NCBI GenBank assembly: GCA_965248755.1
Contig: OZ252149.1
Coordinates: forward strand, 3,264,001 to 3,328,000
From: Candidatus Latescibacterota bacterium
Lineage (GTDB): Bacteria > Latescibacterota > CBDEFO01
Direction of reading: 5' to 3'
Length of the DNA stretch: 64,000 bases
In this document: piece after piece, positions 32,676 to 41,818 of the stretch
Numbering within the stretch: position 1 is the stretch's first letter
Layout of the letters: the number at the start of each line of letters is the position of its first letter
Notes under the pieces: generated by a model
Told to the model about the DNA's origin: nothing
Databases searched by the model: none
What the model saw: the letters and a program-made list of their open reading frames with translations, nothing else
Made by a program: the position numbers and the translations under genes

Positions 32676-34148
32676 CTACTTGACCAGCACCATTTTGCGC
32701 GTCTGCACGAAGTCAGCGATGCGAATCCGGTAGACGTAAATGCCGGACCCGACCGTTCGTTCATTCTCGTCGGTGCCATCCCAGACGACTGTGTGTTGCC
32801 CTGCTGATCTTGGTCCTTCGGTGAGTATCCGTACCCGACGGCCGAGAAGGTCGAAGACGCTGAGTTCGACCGAACCGCGCGCTGCCACCGTGAATGAAAT
32901 CGTGGTCGAGGGATTGAACGGATTGGGGTAGTTCTGGTATAGCGCGTCGGCCTGGGGCAGCTCGCTCTCTACCGATAGAACGGCGGTCGGCATCTCACCC
33001 GGCAGGAGTTCCAAGAGGTAGATCGGCCCATCGAATCCCACGATGTAAACCTCCCCGCTCTCGTCTTCGCCGAAGCTAGTGATGTTCGACGGACAGGTGG
33101 CGATCAGGTTGTTGGAGCGCACCTCACCCTCTTCGTAGCGCAGACCCCAGATTTTCTTGGTTATGAAATCGCCGTAGATGTACACACCATATAGCCCGCC
33201 GAGACGGGCGGCGCGGTAGACGTAGCCGCCGGTGAGGGAGGCTCCCACGCTGTGATCGTACTCGAACAAAGGCAGGGCAAGGCCGACGGTGTCGCAGTTG
33301 GTTTGAGGAGAGAAGCAGTGAAATCCCTCCATCCTATTCCAGCCGTAGTTGGCTCCCTTTTCGATGAGATCGATCTCTTCCCACCTATTCTGCCCGACGT
33401 CTCCCGTCCACAGCTGACCGCCTTTCCTGTCGAAGCTGAAGCGCCAGGGGTTGCGCAGGCCGTATGCCCAGATCTCTTCACGCCAATCTTGACTGTTGCC
33501 GACAAACGGATTGTCAGGCGGGATACCGTACTCGAGGCCTGCCGTGCGAGCATCAACGTCGATGCGCAGAATCGCCGCCAACCAGGTAGTGGGATCCTGA
33601 CCGTTCCGGAATGTGTCCCCTCCTCCTCCTCCGTCTCCAAGACCGACATAGAGCATTCCATCCGGCCCGAAGGCGAGCTGACCTCCGTTGTGATTCGTCG
33701 CCGGCTGTGACACCTCCCACAGGACGCGTTCGCTTTCTACATCAGCGACATTAGTATCGCCAGACACGCGGAATTCGGATACTCGCGAAAAGAAATTGCC
33801 GCGAGTGTAATAGACGTAGAATAAGCCGTTGGTGCCGTGCTCCGGATGAAAGGTCACGCTGAGAAGCCCCCCCTCGCTGACCGGGTTCACCTGATCTCGG
33901 ATGTCCAGGAAATCCGTAGCGACGGCGTCGTCGACATTTGGCATGACCTTAATACGGCCCGGCTTCTCGACTACGAAGATGCGGTCGCTCCCGTCTCCGG
34001 CGTGTGTCAGAAACAGCGGTTGGACGAAGTCGTTCGCCGCAAAGACCTGTCGCAACTCGCGCCCTGGCAACTCTTGGGCGTCGGAGATTGAAGCCGAGAT
34101 CCCCAGAAGTGCACAGCAGAGACTAACGTAGCAAATTATCCGTGCCAT
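32676..34148 (-). CDS. PQQ-dependent sugar dehydrogenase (GSDH) + FlgD/T9SS-like C-terminal domain
   Basis: EGGLLS, NHNGGQLAFGPDG, GLRNPWR, NYGW; QNYPNPFNP tail. Confidence 0.88.
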   Translation of the reverse strand: MARIICYVSLCCALLGISASISDAQELPGRELRQVFAANDFVQPLFLTHAGDGSDRIFVVEKPGRIKVMPNVDDAVATDFLDIRDQVNPVSEGGLLSVTFHPEHGTNGLFYVYYTRGNFFSRVSEFRVSGDTNVADVESERVLWEVSQPATNHNGGQLAFGPDGMLYVGLGDGGGGGDTFRNGQDPTTWLAAILRIDVDARTAGLEYGIPPDNPFVGNSQDWREEIWAYGLRNPWRFSFDRKGGQLWTGDVGQNRWEEIDLIEKGANYGWNRMEGFHCFSPQTNCDTVGLALPLFEYDHSVGASLTGGYVYRAARLGGLYGVYIYGDFITKKIWGLRYEEGEVRSNNLIATCPSNITSFGEDESGEVYIVGFDGPIYLLELLPGEMPTAVLSVESELPQADALYQNYPNPFNPSTTISFTVAARGSVELSVFDLLGRRVRILTEGPRSAGQHTVVWDGTDENERTVGSGIYVYRIRIADFVQTRKMVLVK

Positions 34149-34378
34149 CTTAGCCTACCTTCTTTTTTAGAGTTAGTGAAACCTTTCCACACCACTGTTA
34201 CAGGAAGATACAAAAAAAATAGTGGCTCTCAATAAAATTTATCAGTCCAAAACTGTTGCAGACTACCTATTTTGCCTAAAGTGGGCACTCCTGTAAATGA
34301 CCCAAAAGAAAGCCCTCCATTGATATTTGCCGGCTTTGTATTCTATTCTGAGACCTTTTGTGAGAAAGGTTAATGAGC

Positions 34379-36463
34379 CTATCTCATCAATATCAGCTTC
34401 CTCGTCTGAACAAATACATCTGTCTCCATCCGATAGAGATAGATTCCGCTGGCGAGACTCTCTCCATTATCATCTCTGCTATCCCAGACTACTGAGTGCC
34501 TTCCCGCATCCATCTCCTCATCTACAAGTGTCGCAACCTTCTGCCCCATCATATTGAAGATAGATATTTCTACGTGATCTCTGATGGGGAAATCATAATG
34601 AATTACCGTCTCTGGGTTGAATGGATTGGGATAGTTTTGGAAAAGAGCGTAAGCTTCGGGAACTACATCAAGCGATAGCTCTACCTGCTCGATTATAGCA
34701 GGAATTAACCCCTCATTGAGCTGAACATCTGAAACCTTTAACAGGTCATCCTCCAATCCATTGCTCACACTGGGGATGATCTCAAACTCGATGTAGGCTA
34801 TGTCTCCCCCACCTTCCACTGGATATGCAGAGGCAAAGGCTAACTTAACCTCGTTGTCCAGGATGTTGCTCTGGAACATAAACGGGGATAGTATATCCGC
34901 AGGTGATACGCCGACCGCCTTCAACTTCGATGCATCGTAGCTTATGGATATACCCGCTCCGAGAACTCCCGTCATATCGTCTATGGAAACAGGTATCTTT
35001 ACGGTATTTCCGGACAGTTGGATGCCATCAGATATGCCTACCATGCGAGGTGCAGCATCTGCCACCACCTTGGCAGAACCAACGTTCCCAACGAAGGGAA
35101 GTCCGGGGATAATCTCAGCCACAAATTGAAGTATCCGAACAGCGTCAAAAGATGTCACCTCCCCGTTTCTGGTCACATCAGAGATCGCAAGGAATAATGC
35201 TTCGTCTCCACCGAAATACTCGACTATTACGTCACTGACTCCAACTGAATGCTTCAAAGCTAAACCGGCGTCGAAAGCTCTAACCTCTCCGTTCCTGCTT
35301 ATGTCTCCTACAAGATCTACGACCGGCAGGAGCTCGAAGACGTAGATCGGACCTTCGAATCCCACGATGTAAACCTCCCCGCTCTCGTCTTCGCCGAAGC
35401 TGGAGATGCTCGACGGACAGGTGGCGATCAGGTTGTTGGAGCGCACCTCACCCTCTTCGTAGCGCAGACCCCAGATTTTCTTGGTTATGAAATCGCCGTA
35501 GATGTACACACCATATAGCCCGCCCAGACGGGCGGCGCGGTAGACGTAGCCTCCGGTGATGGAGTGCCCCACGTCGTGACCGTACTCGGCGACCGGCAGA
35601 GTCAAGCCCTCGCTGCTGCAATCTTCGGGAGGATCAAAGCAGTGAAATCCCTCCATCCTTTTCCAGCCGTAGTTGGCGCCCTTTTCGATGAGATCGATCT
35701 CCTCCCAGAGATTCTGACCCACGTCTCCTGCCCACAGCTGACCGCCTTTCCTGTCGAAGCTGAAGCGCCAGGGGTTGCGCAGGCCATATGCCCAGATCTC
35801 TTCACGCCAATCTTGACTGTTGCCGACAAATGGATTGTCAGGCGGGATACTGTACTCGAGGCCTGCCGTGCGAGCATCAACGTCGATGCGCAGAATCGCC
35901 GCCAACCAGGTAGTGGGATCCTGACCGTTCCGGAATGTGTCCCCTCCTCCTCCTCCGTCTCCAAGACCGACATAGAGCATTCCATCCGGCCCGAAGGCGA
36001 GCTGACCTCCGTTGTGATTCGTCGCCGGCTGTGACACCTCCCACAGAACGCGCTCGCTGTCTACATCAGCGACATTAGGATCGTCAGACACGCGGAATTC
36101 GGATACCCGCGAAAAGAAATTGCCGCGAGTGTAATAGACGTAGAATAAGCCGTTGGTGCCGTGCTCCGGATGAAAGGCCACGCTGAGAAGCCCCCCCTCG
36201 CTGACCGGGTTCACCTGATCTCGGATGTCCAGGAAATCCGTAGCGACGGCGGCGTCGATATTGGGCATGACCTTAATACGACCCGGCTTCTCGACCACGA
36301 AGATGCGGTCGCTCCCGTCTCCGGCGTGTGTCAGAAAGAGAGGTTGGTCAAAGTCGTTCGCCGCAAAGACTTGCCGCAACTCGCGCCCTGGCAACTCTTG
36401 GGCGTGGGAGATTGAAGCCGAGATCCCCAGAAGTGCACAGCAGAGAGTAAGATAGTATTTCAT
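34379..36463 (-). CDS. GSDH paralog + dockerin + cohesin + FlgD/T9SS-like C-terminal domain
   Basis: Same catalytic domain; GDISRNGEVRAFDA/SDVTRNGEVTSFDA; VKIPVSIDDMTGVLGAGISISYD; start moved to ATG 36463 after GGGAG. Confidence 0.88.
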   Translation of the reverse strand: MKYYLTLCCALLGISASISHAQELPGRELRQVFAANDFDQPLFLTHAGDGSDRIFVVEKPGRIKVMPNIDAAVATDFLDIRDQVNPVSEGGLLSVAFHPEHGTNGLFYVYYTRGNFFSRVSEFRVSDDPNVADVDSERVLWEVSQPATNHNGGQLAFGPDGMLYVGLGDGGGGGDTFRNGQDPTTWLAAILRIDVDARTAGLEYSIPPDNPFVGNSQDWREEIWAYGLRNPWRFSFDRKGGQLWAGDVGQNLWEEIDLIEKGANYGWKRMEGFHCFDPPEDCSSEGLTLPVAEYGHDVGHSITGGYVYRAARLGGLYGVYIYGDFITKKIWGLRYEEGEVRSNNLIATCPSSISSFGEDESGEVYIVGFEGPIYVFELLPVVDLVGDISRNGEVRAFDAGLALKHSVGVSDVIVEYFGGDEALFLAISDVTRNGEVTSFDAVRILQFVAEIIPGLPFVGNVGSAKVVADAAPRMVGISDGIQLSGNTVKIPVSIDDMTGVLGAGISISYDASKLKAVGVSPADILSPFMFQSNILDNEVKLAFASAYPVEGGGDIAYIEFEIIPSVSNGLEDDLLKVSDVQLNEGLIPAIIEQVELSLDVVPEAYALFQNYPNPFNPETVIHYDFPIRDHVEISIFNMMGQKVATLVDEEMDAGRHSVVWDSRDDNGESLASGIYLYRMETDVFVQTRKLILMR

Positions 36464-36529
36464 AGTCAACTCCCTTTCAGATATTCCCACAGTTCGTGGA
36501 ATCCCATCTACATCGGTGTGATTTCTTTC

Positions 36530-36620
36530 TGGAATAGCCGCATTCTGGTATTTGGAATCGTAGAACTCAGGCTGCAACTGGTCCACCCGCAGCAACCCCT
36601 TCCGGGTCAGCTCTGCCCCC
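36530..36620 (-). pseudogene. Possible remnant of a HemN-like radical SAM C-terminus
   Basis: ELTRKGLLRVDQLQPEFYDSKYQN resembles such C-termini (recalled, unverified). Confidence 0.3.
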
Positions 36621-36904
36621 TACTCGACCAGCCTCAGCATGCCCTCTATCTGCCACGTCCCGACAGACAATCTCCTCCGTATTTTGCCGCTGTCCAGCAC
36701 CCAATTGAGCACCCTCCCGGGTTGTTCATCACCTAACTTTCTGGGCGAACCACATAAACCCCGCCATTTACAGCACCTTCTCATGTAGTGGGAAATACTA
36801 GGCTGAGAAATATTCAGGTGCTTGGCCAGTTCGTTGAAACTGACTGTCTTTCCCTTGTGAGACTGCATCAATTCCTTCAGGATCTGAAGCCGCTTTCTAG
36901 TCAC
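36620..36904 (-). pseudogene. Winged-HTH (ArsR-like) regulator, probably truncated
   Basis: RLQILKEL...FNELAKHLNISQPSISHYM followed by a non-homologous tail. Confidence 0.5.
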
Positions 36905-37826
36905 AGTACCAGCAGGCGATGTTGGTCAGCCGATGCCAGGTTTCCCGTGGAATCTGGATATCATCAGCACCTGCGGCTTCACGGATTCGTTCCGGGTTAG
37001 TCGTCCCGACGACGGGCAAAATCCCTGCCGGATGCCGCATAAGCCAGGCAAGAACGAGCTGTGAGCGAGTGCAGCCGAGATCATTAGCTGCCGTATCGAA
37101 CACTCGAATGACGGTGTTCACAGCCTCGCGTCGCGGGTGGTCGTTCGGCGGTGCTGCGCCGGTTCCTAAGATCCCTCCTGCCATCGGGCTCCATGCCTGA
37201 GGGGTGATGCCGAGGAGCTGACACTGCTCGAGGGTACCGTCGTAGAAGCGCTCCATAAGGAGGGGATGAATCTGCACCTGATTTAACACAATCGGTACCG
37301 AGAGTCCCTCTTGGAGAAGGCGCACCTGATCCGGGAAGAAATTACTGACCCCGAAAAAACGTACCTTGCCCTCTGTGTGCAGTCTCTCGAAGGCGCGTGC
37401 GACCTCTGCCGGTTCCATCAGAGTATCGGGCTTATGCAGGAGGAAGACGTCAATCGCCTCGATACCAATTCGCTTCAATTCCGCTTCGGCTGAGGAAATA
37501 ATGTAATCCGCCGATAATTCGTACCACTCTTGGGACCCCGTCTCGGACGACGGGTCGAGCACTCGAATTCCGCACTTGGTGGTGATAACGATCTGCTCTC
37601 GAAGGCCAGGTCGTTCTTTCAGTGCTTTGCCCAGCAGTTCGCTGCATCGCACGCCGCTGTTGCCGTAGATATCGGCCGAATCGAAGTGGGTGAGCCCGGC
37701 ATCGAAGGCAGTATGAATGCGCGAGATTGCTTCTGCATCGCCGCCAGTCGTGTGGATTCTCAGAATGCCATAGACCAATCTACTTGCCATCAAACCTGTT
37801 TCTCGTCCTATCTCGTGTGGTATCAT
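36897..37826 (-). CDS. Aldo/keto reductase (YdhF-like)
   Basis: FDSADIYG, TKCG, LLHKPD, GVSNF, WSPMAGG. Confidence 0.92.
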   Translation of the reverse strand: MIPHEIGRETGLMASRLVYGILRIHTTGGDAEAISRIHTAFDAGLTHFDSADIYGNSGVRCSELLGKALKERPGLREQIVITTKCGIRVLDPSSETGSQEWYELSADYIISSAEAELKRIGIEAIDVFLLHKPDTLMEPAEVARAFERLHTEGKVRFFGVSNFFPDQVRLLQEGLSVPIVLNQVQIHPLLMERFYDGTLEQCQLLGITPQAWSPMAGGILGTGAAPPNDHPRREAVNTVIRVFDTAANDLGCTRSQLVLAWLMRHPAGILPVVGTTNPERIREAAGADDIQIPRETWHRLTNIACWYCD

Positions 37827-38014
37827 AATTACCTCCGGTGCTGATAAGTGTGATAATCAGGATCATCTTCTCTGGGAGGCAACGAGGTCATAATCATGCG
37901 GCTTCCACTCTCCTAGTTGAAACCGTTGATCCGCATACACTCGTACTATTGTTCTGGATTCCGGTCCACCTTAGAGAAGGTCGGCGACTCACTTCGGGTG
38001 TCTACAACTACGTC

Positions 38015-39223
38015 CTATTCCGGGGGCTCAAACTTCAGCCGCAGGATCTTGTCATCGTTTGGACGCAATTCAGCTCGTCCATCAGTGTTGCTGGTCAAAA
38101 CGTAGAGATGGCCGTCCGGTCCAACGGTCACGTCACGTAGGCGTCCGTAGATTCCGTTTTTCAGGTCGCGAGCAAACCAACGTTCGATATTCGTTACCTT
38201 ATAGTCTTCGTTATCGTCTTCAAACTGGATACGAATAAGTGCTTGACTGCGCAACGTGGCAATGAAGAGGTTACCGCGGTAAAAGGTCATTCCGGCGGGA
38301 GGGACAGAGGCTTTTTTCCACATCGCGATGGGATCCCGGTATTTAGCGATCCGAGGCGCGCCTACGACATTGGGCCAGCCGTAGTTGGCTCCTTTCTCAA
38401 CGATGTTGATCTCGTCGCGGTGTAGGACGCCCGGCCATTCACCAGACGGTCCGTGTTCTGAGTTAAACATTACATCGGTCTCGGGATCCCAGGTCAAGCC
38501 CTGCACAACACGGTGCCCATAGGAAAAGATCGGGGAGCCTGGGAAAGGGTTATCTTCCGGAATCTGGCCTTCCGGCGTGATGCGAAGAATCTTTCCTGCC
38601 CATGAGTGGAGATCCTGGGAGAGCGGCTGATTCCAGAGATCGCCGGTCCCAACGTAAAGCATCCCATCCGGACCAAAACCAATCCTGCCGCCAATATGAA
38701 TACTGGAACCGGGTATGTTGTCCAAAACGACACGGTCGAAAACACCGGTATCACCATGATGGCGCAGGCGAATGACACGAGTGAACAGTTGGTCAAGAAT
38801 TTGATAACTATGCATGGCGTAGACAAAGGGGTGCTGTGTAAATTGGGGATGCAGGGCCAGTCCCATGAGTCCGGCATCGGCTACGTGGGCCACTTCATCG
38901 ATCTTGATGTAAAGCTGAGGCTGGTTCTGCCCACGGGGAATACGTTGAATTCGACCGCGTCGTTCCGAAAGAAGGGCATCACCATTTGGCAGGAAAACCA
39001 GAGACCAGGGGATCTGAAGACTGTCCACCCAGGTCTCGACGCTGACCCCTTCCACTTCTGGAAGAAAAACGTCGGCGACAGTCTGCGGCACTTCCCCGCG
39101 GATGGGATCACCGTTAACGCTGCAGGGAAGGAAAAGCGCAACTATGATCGCCAAAACGTGCTGGAGCAAGTATGGACTGTGGAAGGATGTCTTTCGCATT
39201 TCGAAGCTCCTTGATTTAGTCAT
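38015..39223 (-). CDS. Soluble PQQ-dependent aldose sugar dehydrogenase (YliI-like)
   Basis: PWSLVFLP, GLMGLALHP, HIGGRIGFGPDG, SYGHR..QG, SEHGP, GRLRDV. Confidence 0.9.
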   Translation of the reverse strand: MTKSRSFEMRKTSFHSPYLLQHVLAIIVALFLPCSVNGDPIRGEVPQTVADVFLPEVEGVSVETWVDSLQIPWSLVFLPNGDALLSERRGRIQRIPRGQNQPQLYIKIDEVAHVADAGLMGLALHPQFTQHPFVYAMHSYQILDQLFTRVIRLRHHGDTGVFDRVVLDNIPGSSIHIGGRIGFGPDGMLYVGTGDLWNQPLSQDLHSWAGKILRITPEGQIPEDNPFPGSPIFSYGHRVVQGLTWDPETDVMFNSEHGPSGEWPGVLHRDEINIVEKGANYGWPNVVGAPRIAKYRDPIAMWKKASVPPAGMTFYRGNLFIATLRSQALIRIQFEDDNEDYKVTNIERWFARDLKNGIYGRLRDVTVGPDGHLYVLTSNTDGRAELRPNDDKILRLKFEPPE

Positions 39224-39286
39224 AGTTTGACCTCCTTTATCATGAGATGTTTTGAGATATTCTCTACAGCTTCATCCCCGATAGAT

Positions 39287-41374
39287 TCAGTCGGACATCA
39301 TCATTCGAAATCCTGCATGGAAACGTACCGGTGCACCGATCGTTACCAGACCACCGCCTGTCTTGCCGACGGCGTAGGAGCGATCGAAAAGATTTTCGAC
39401 CTGAAAGAAAATCTCCCTTCCCAATTGGATCGGTCGCGACAAGAAGAGATCTACCACGCCGAAATCCCCAAGCTCAAGCGAATTGATATCGTCTTCATAT
39501 TGATTGCCCACATACCGTCCCTGAACGGTGGCGACCAGTAGAGGCGGGTTGGAATAACTTATTTTCAGGATTAGATGATGCTCTGGCACCTGAGGAAGGC
39601 GCCTGCCTTCGAGCTCCGGCTGAGCCGGTGCGCTCACGATTCTGCTTTCGTTGAAGAGATAGCTTATGGAGCCAGTCCAAAATGAATGGCTCTGATAGGT
39701 CAACTCGGCTTCGATCCCTCTAATTCGTGTCCTGTCCAAATTATGCCGCTGACGGCAGAGACCACCCTTGGGAACGAACCCGCATGGGTCAACCTGCCCC
39801 GGTCCGCTTCCGATTGTCAGGTTGACGACAGATCCCTTCACCTCGTTCCAGTAGCCTGTCAGGCGACCGGTCAGGGAGGAGGTGACATAGTCGATTCCAA
39901 CCTCTCCACCGTGCAGTCGCTCCGGATTCAAGTTTTCGTTGGCCGCGGTAATATCGTTTCGCACCCGAAAGGGTCTGAAGAGTTCGTTCAACGTCGGTGC
40001 GCGAAAGGTCCGATAAAGGGAACTTCGAAAGGAGCAGCGGTCGGTAGCATTATAGCGTAATCCTACCTTGGGGTTGAAGACCCAGCGGGTTCGATCGGCG
40101 AATGTATCCTCTCGTAGGACATCATCCGTCTCCAGATTCCGCTCAAGGCGAGAACCATCAAAACTGCGCCAGAAATCGACCCTGCTGCCATACGTGATCT
40201 GCCAGCGGTGCTGGGGAATAAAGATGTCCTGGAGGTAAATTCCCATCACCTGCTGGTCTCCACCTGCCCTGCGCCGCCGGACAAACCGGTTGGACTTGAA
40301 GAAAAACTCCTCGTTGGTCTCTCCCGAAAGCCATCGAAGGTCCGATCCTGCCGTGAGCAGATGCTCTGCGCTTATCGGCTTGAGCCACTCCAGGGTTATC
40401 CCTACTGCCTGCGAAGGGACATCAAACTGATCGAGGGCCGGACCTTCCGAATTCCGGTCCGAAGCCTGGGAGGAGAAAAAGCTCTTGAACCGCTGGAGGT
40501 GTGAAAAGCCTGTGAGGGTCCACTTGCTTCCATTCGACCTCAGCAGTGTGGTACTTATCCCAATATATCCCGCGTCTGTGCTGTTGTGGGTGAGGGGCGT
40601 GCCGTTGTCACGTTCTTCACTGAATAGGCCGCCTTGTAGATACAGGTTAGCTGTCGGCGAGAAATTCTGCGTCAGCTTTACCCTGACGGTCTTGTTTTCC
40701 GAATCGGCGTTAACGTCTATCTCTCCCCGCTGATCCGCTCGAACAATCGGATACCCCCGGGTATTGAAATAGCTTCCTTCAAGCGCCAGACCCATTGATC
40801 CAAAGCGATCGCTGGCAGAAAAGTCCACGGTCGCGGTTCTCCGATTTCCTACCTTGCCGGAGAGCGTTACCGTCTTCTTCTGAGGTCGCGCCGTTATGAT
40901 GTGAATAACTCCGCCCAGGGCGTAGTTGCCCCAGATATGAGATCCTCCACCTCGGAGTACTTCGATACGGTCAACGCTCTCCATCCGGACCTTGCTCCAC
41001 TGCACCCAGCCCCCAAATGGATCGTTTAAGGGCATCCCATCAAGAAGAATCAGGGTACGGCTGGATCCGCTGGCCCCGATTCCGCGCAGGGACACGCCCT
41101 GTGTGGTGGGGTGGGCCACGACGCTGCTTGAGCGTCGAAAGAGACTGAAGCCCGGTACCTTCCGCAAGAGATCGTCCAGAGTCTGAGCCGCCGATCGCTG
41201 GATTTCCGCCCTGTCAAGAATCGTCACGTTGGCGGGAATATTTGTGAGCGTCTGATCCGTCCGGGTGGCAGTCACAACCACCTCCTTCAGGACTATGACC
41301 TTCTCCGGATCTTCGGCTGCCGATTGGGTCTCTTCAGCGTATATGTCTACTGAAGCCAGCATGAAAAAGAGCAC
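39287..41374 (-). CDS. TonB-dependent receptor
   Basis: EVVVTATR TonB box, plug RIEVLRG..ALGGVIHIIT, FRAPTLNEL, beta-barrel pattern. Confidence 0.92.
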   Translation of the reverse strand: MLFFMLASVDIYAEETQSAAEDPEKVIVLKEVVVTATRTDQTLTNIPANVTILDRAEIQRSAAQTLDDLLRKVPGFSLFRRSSSVVAHPTTQGVSLRGIGASGSSRTLILLDGMPLNDPFGGWVQWSKVRMESVDRIEVLRGGGSHIWGNYALGGVIHIITARPQKKTVTLSGKVGNRRTATVDFSASDRFGSMGLALEGSYFNTRGYPIVRADQRGEIDVNADSENKTVRVKLTQNFSPTANLYLQGGLFSEERDNGTPLTHNSTDAGYIGISTTLLRSNGSKWTLTGFSHLQRFKSFFSSQASDRNSEGPALDQFDVPSQAVGITLEWLKPISAEHLLTAGSDLRWLSGETNEEFFFKSNRFVRRRRAGGDQQVMGIYLQDIFIPQHRWQITYGSRVDFWRSFDGSRLERNLETDDVLREDTFADRTRWVFNPKVGLRYNATDRCSFRSSLYRTFRAPTLNELFRPFRVRNDITAANENLNPERLHGGEVGIDYVTSSLTGRLTGYWNEVKGSVVNLTIGSGPGQVDPCGFVPKGGLCRQRHNLDRTRIRGIEAELTYQSHSFWTGSISYLFNESRIVSAPAQPELEGRRLPQVPEHHLILKISYSNPPLLVATVQGRYVGNQYEDDINSLELGDFGVVDLFLSRPIQLGREIFFQVENLFDRSYAVGKTGGGLVTIGAPVRFHAGFRMMMSD

Positions 41375-41504
41375 GAGGCTTAGGAGCCGAATAGTAGCTT
41401 CCTCCCGCTTTGTAAATGATGTATTTCTTTACCCCTTATGATTCAATCCGCTGCGAGAGGTCAGGCCTGAACAGGTTCCTCTGATCCACAGCATAGTGAC
41501 CCAG

Positions 41505-41533
41505 TATGTTAAACCACTTGCTCCGAGTTGTCA
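41505..41533 (-). promoter_or_regulatory. sigma70-type promoter for the receptor/PQQ cluster
   Basis: TTGACA-N17-TAACAT on the minus strand. Confidence 0.55.
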
Positions 41534-41818
41534 AGTAAATATGAGAAATTCCTTATGTGGCAAATTAAGTGTTCACTACTCTCTGACTTAAGAGAGTTCC
41601 TACATAACTCCCTACTCCTATTTCTGCGCCAATCAGATGAGACGTCACAGGGTAAACCTGGAAGGAGGGTTCAAGAATATTCAGAAGGAAACCGGACAAC
41701 AGGAATTGAACTACAGGCATCTTGACAAAACTTATCGGATATATTAAATTTATGCTGAATCCTTGCGAGGGGGTGTGCACTAAAGCAAGTAGGCGGTAGA
41801 CAATAGATAAGGAAACAA

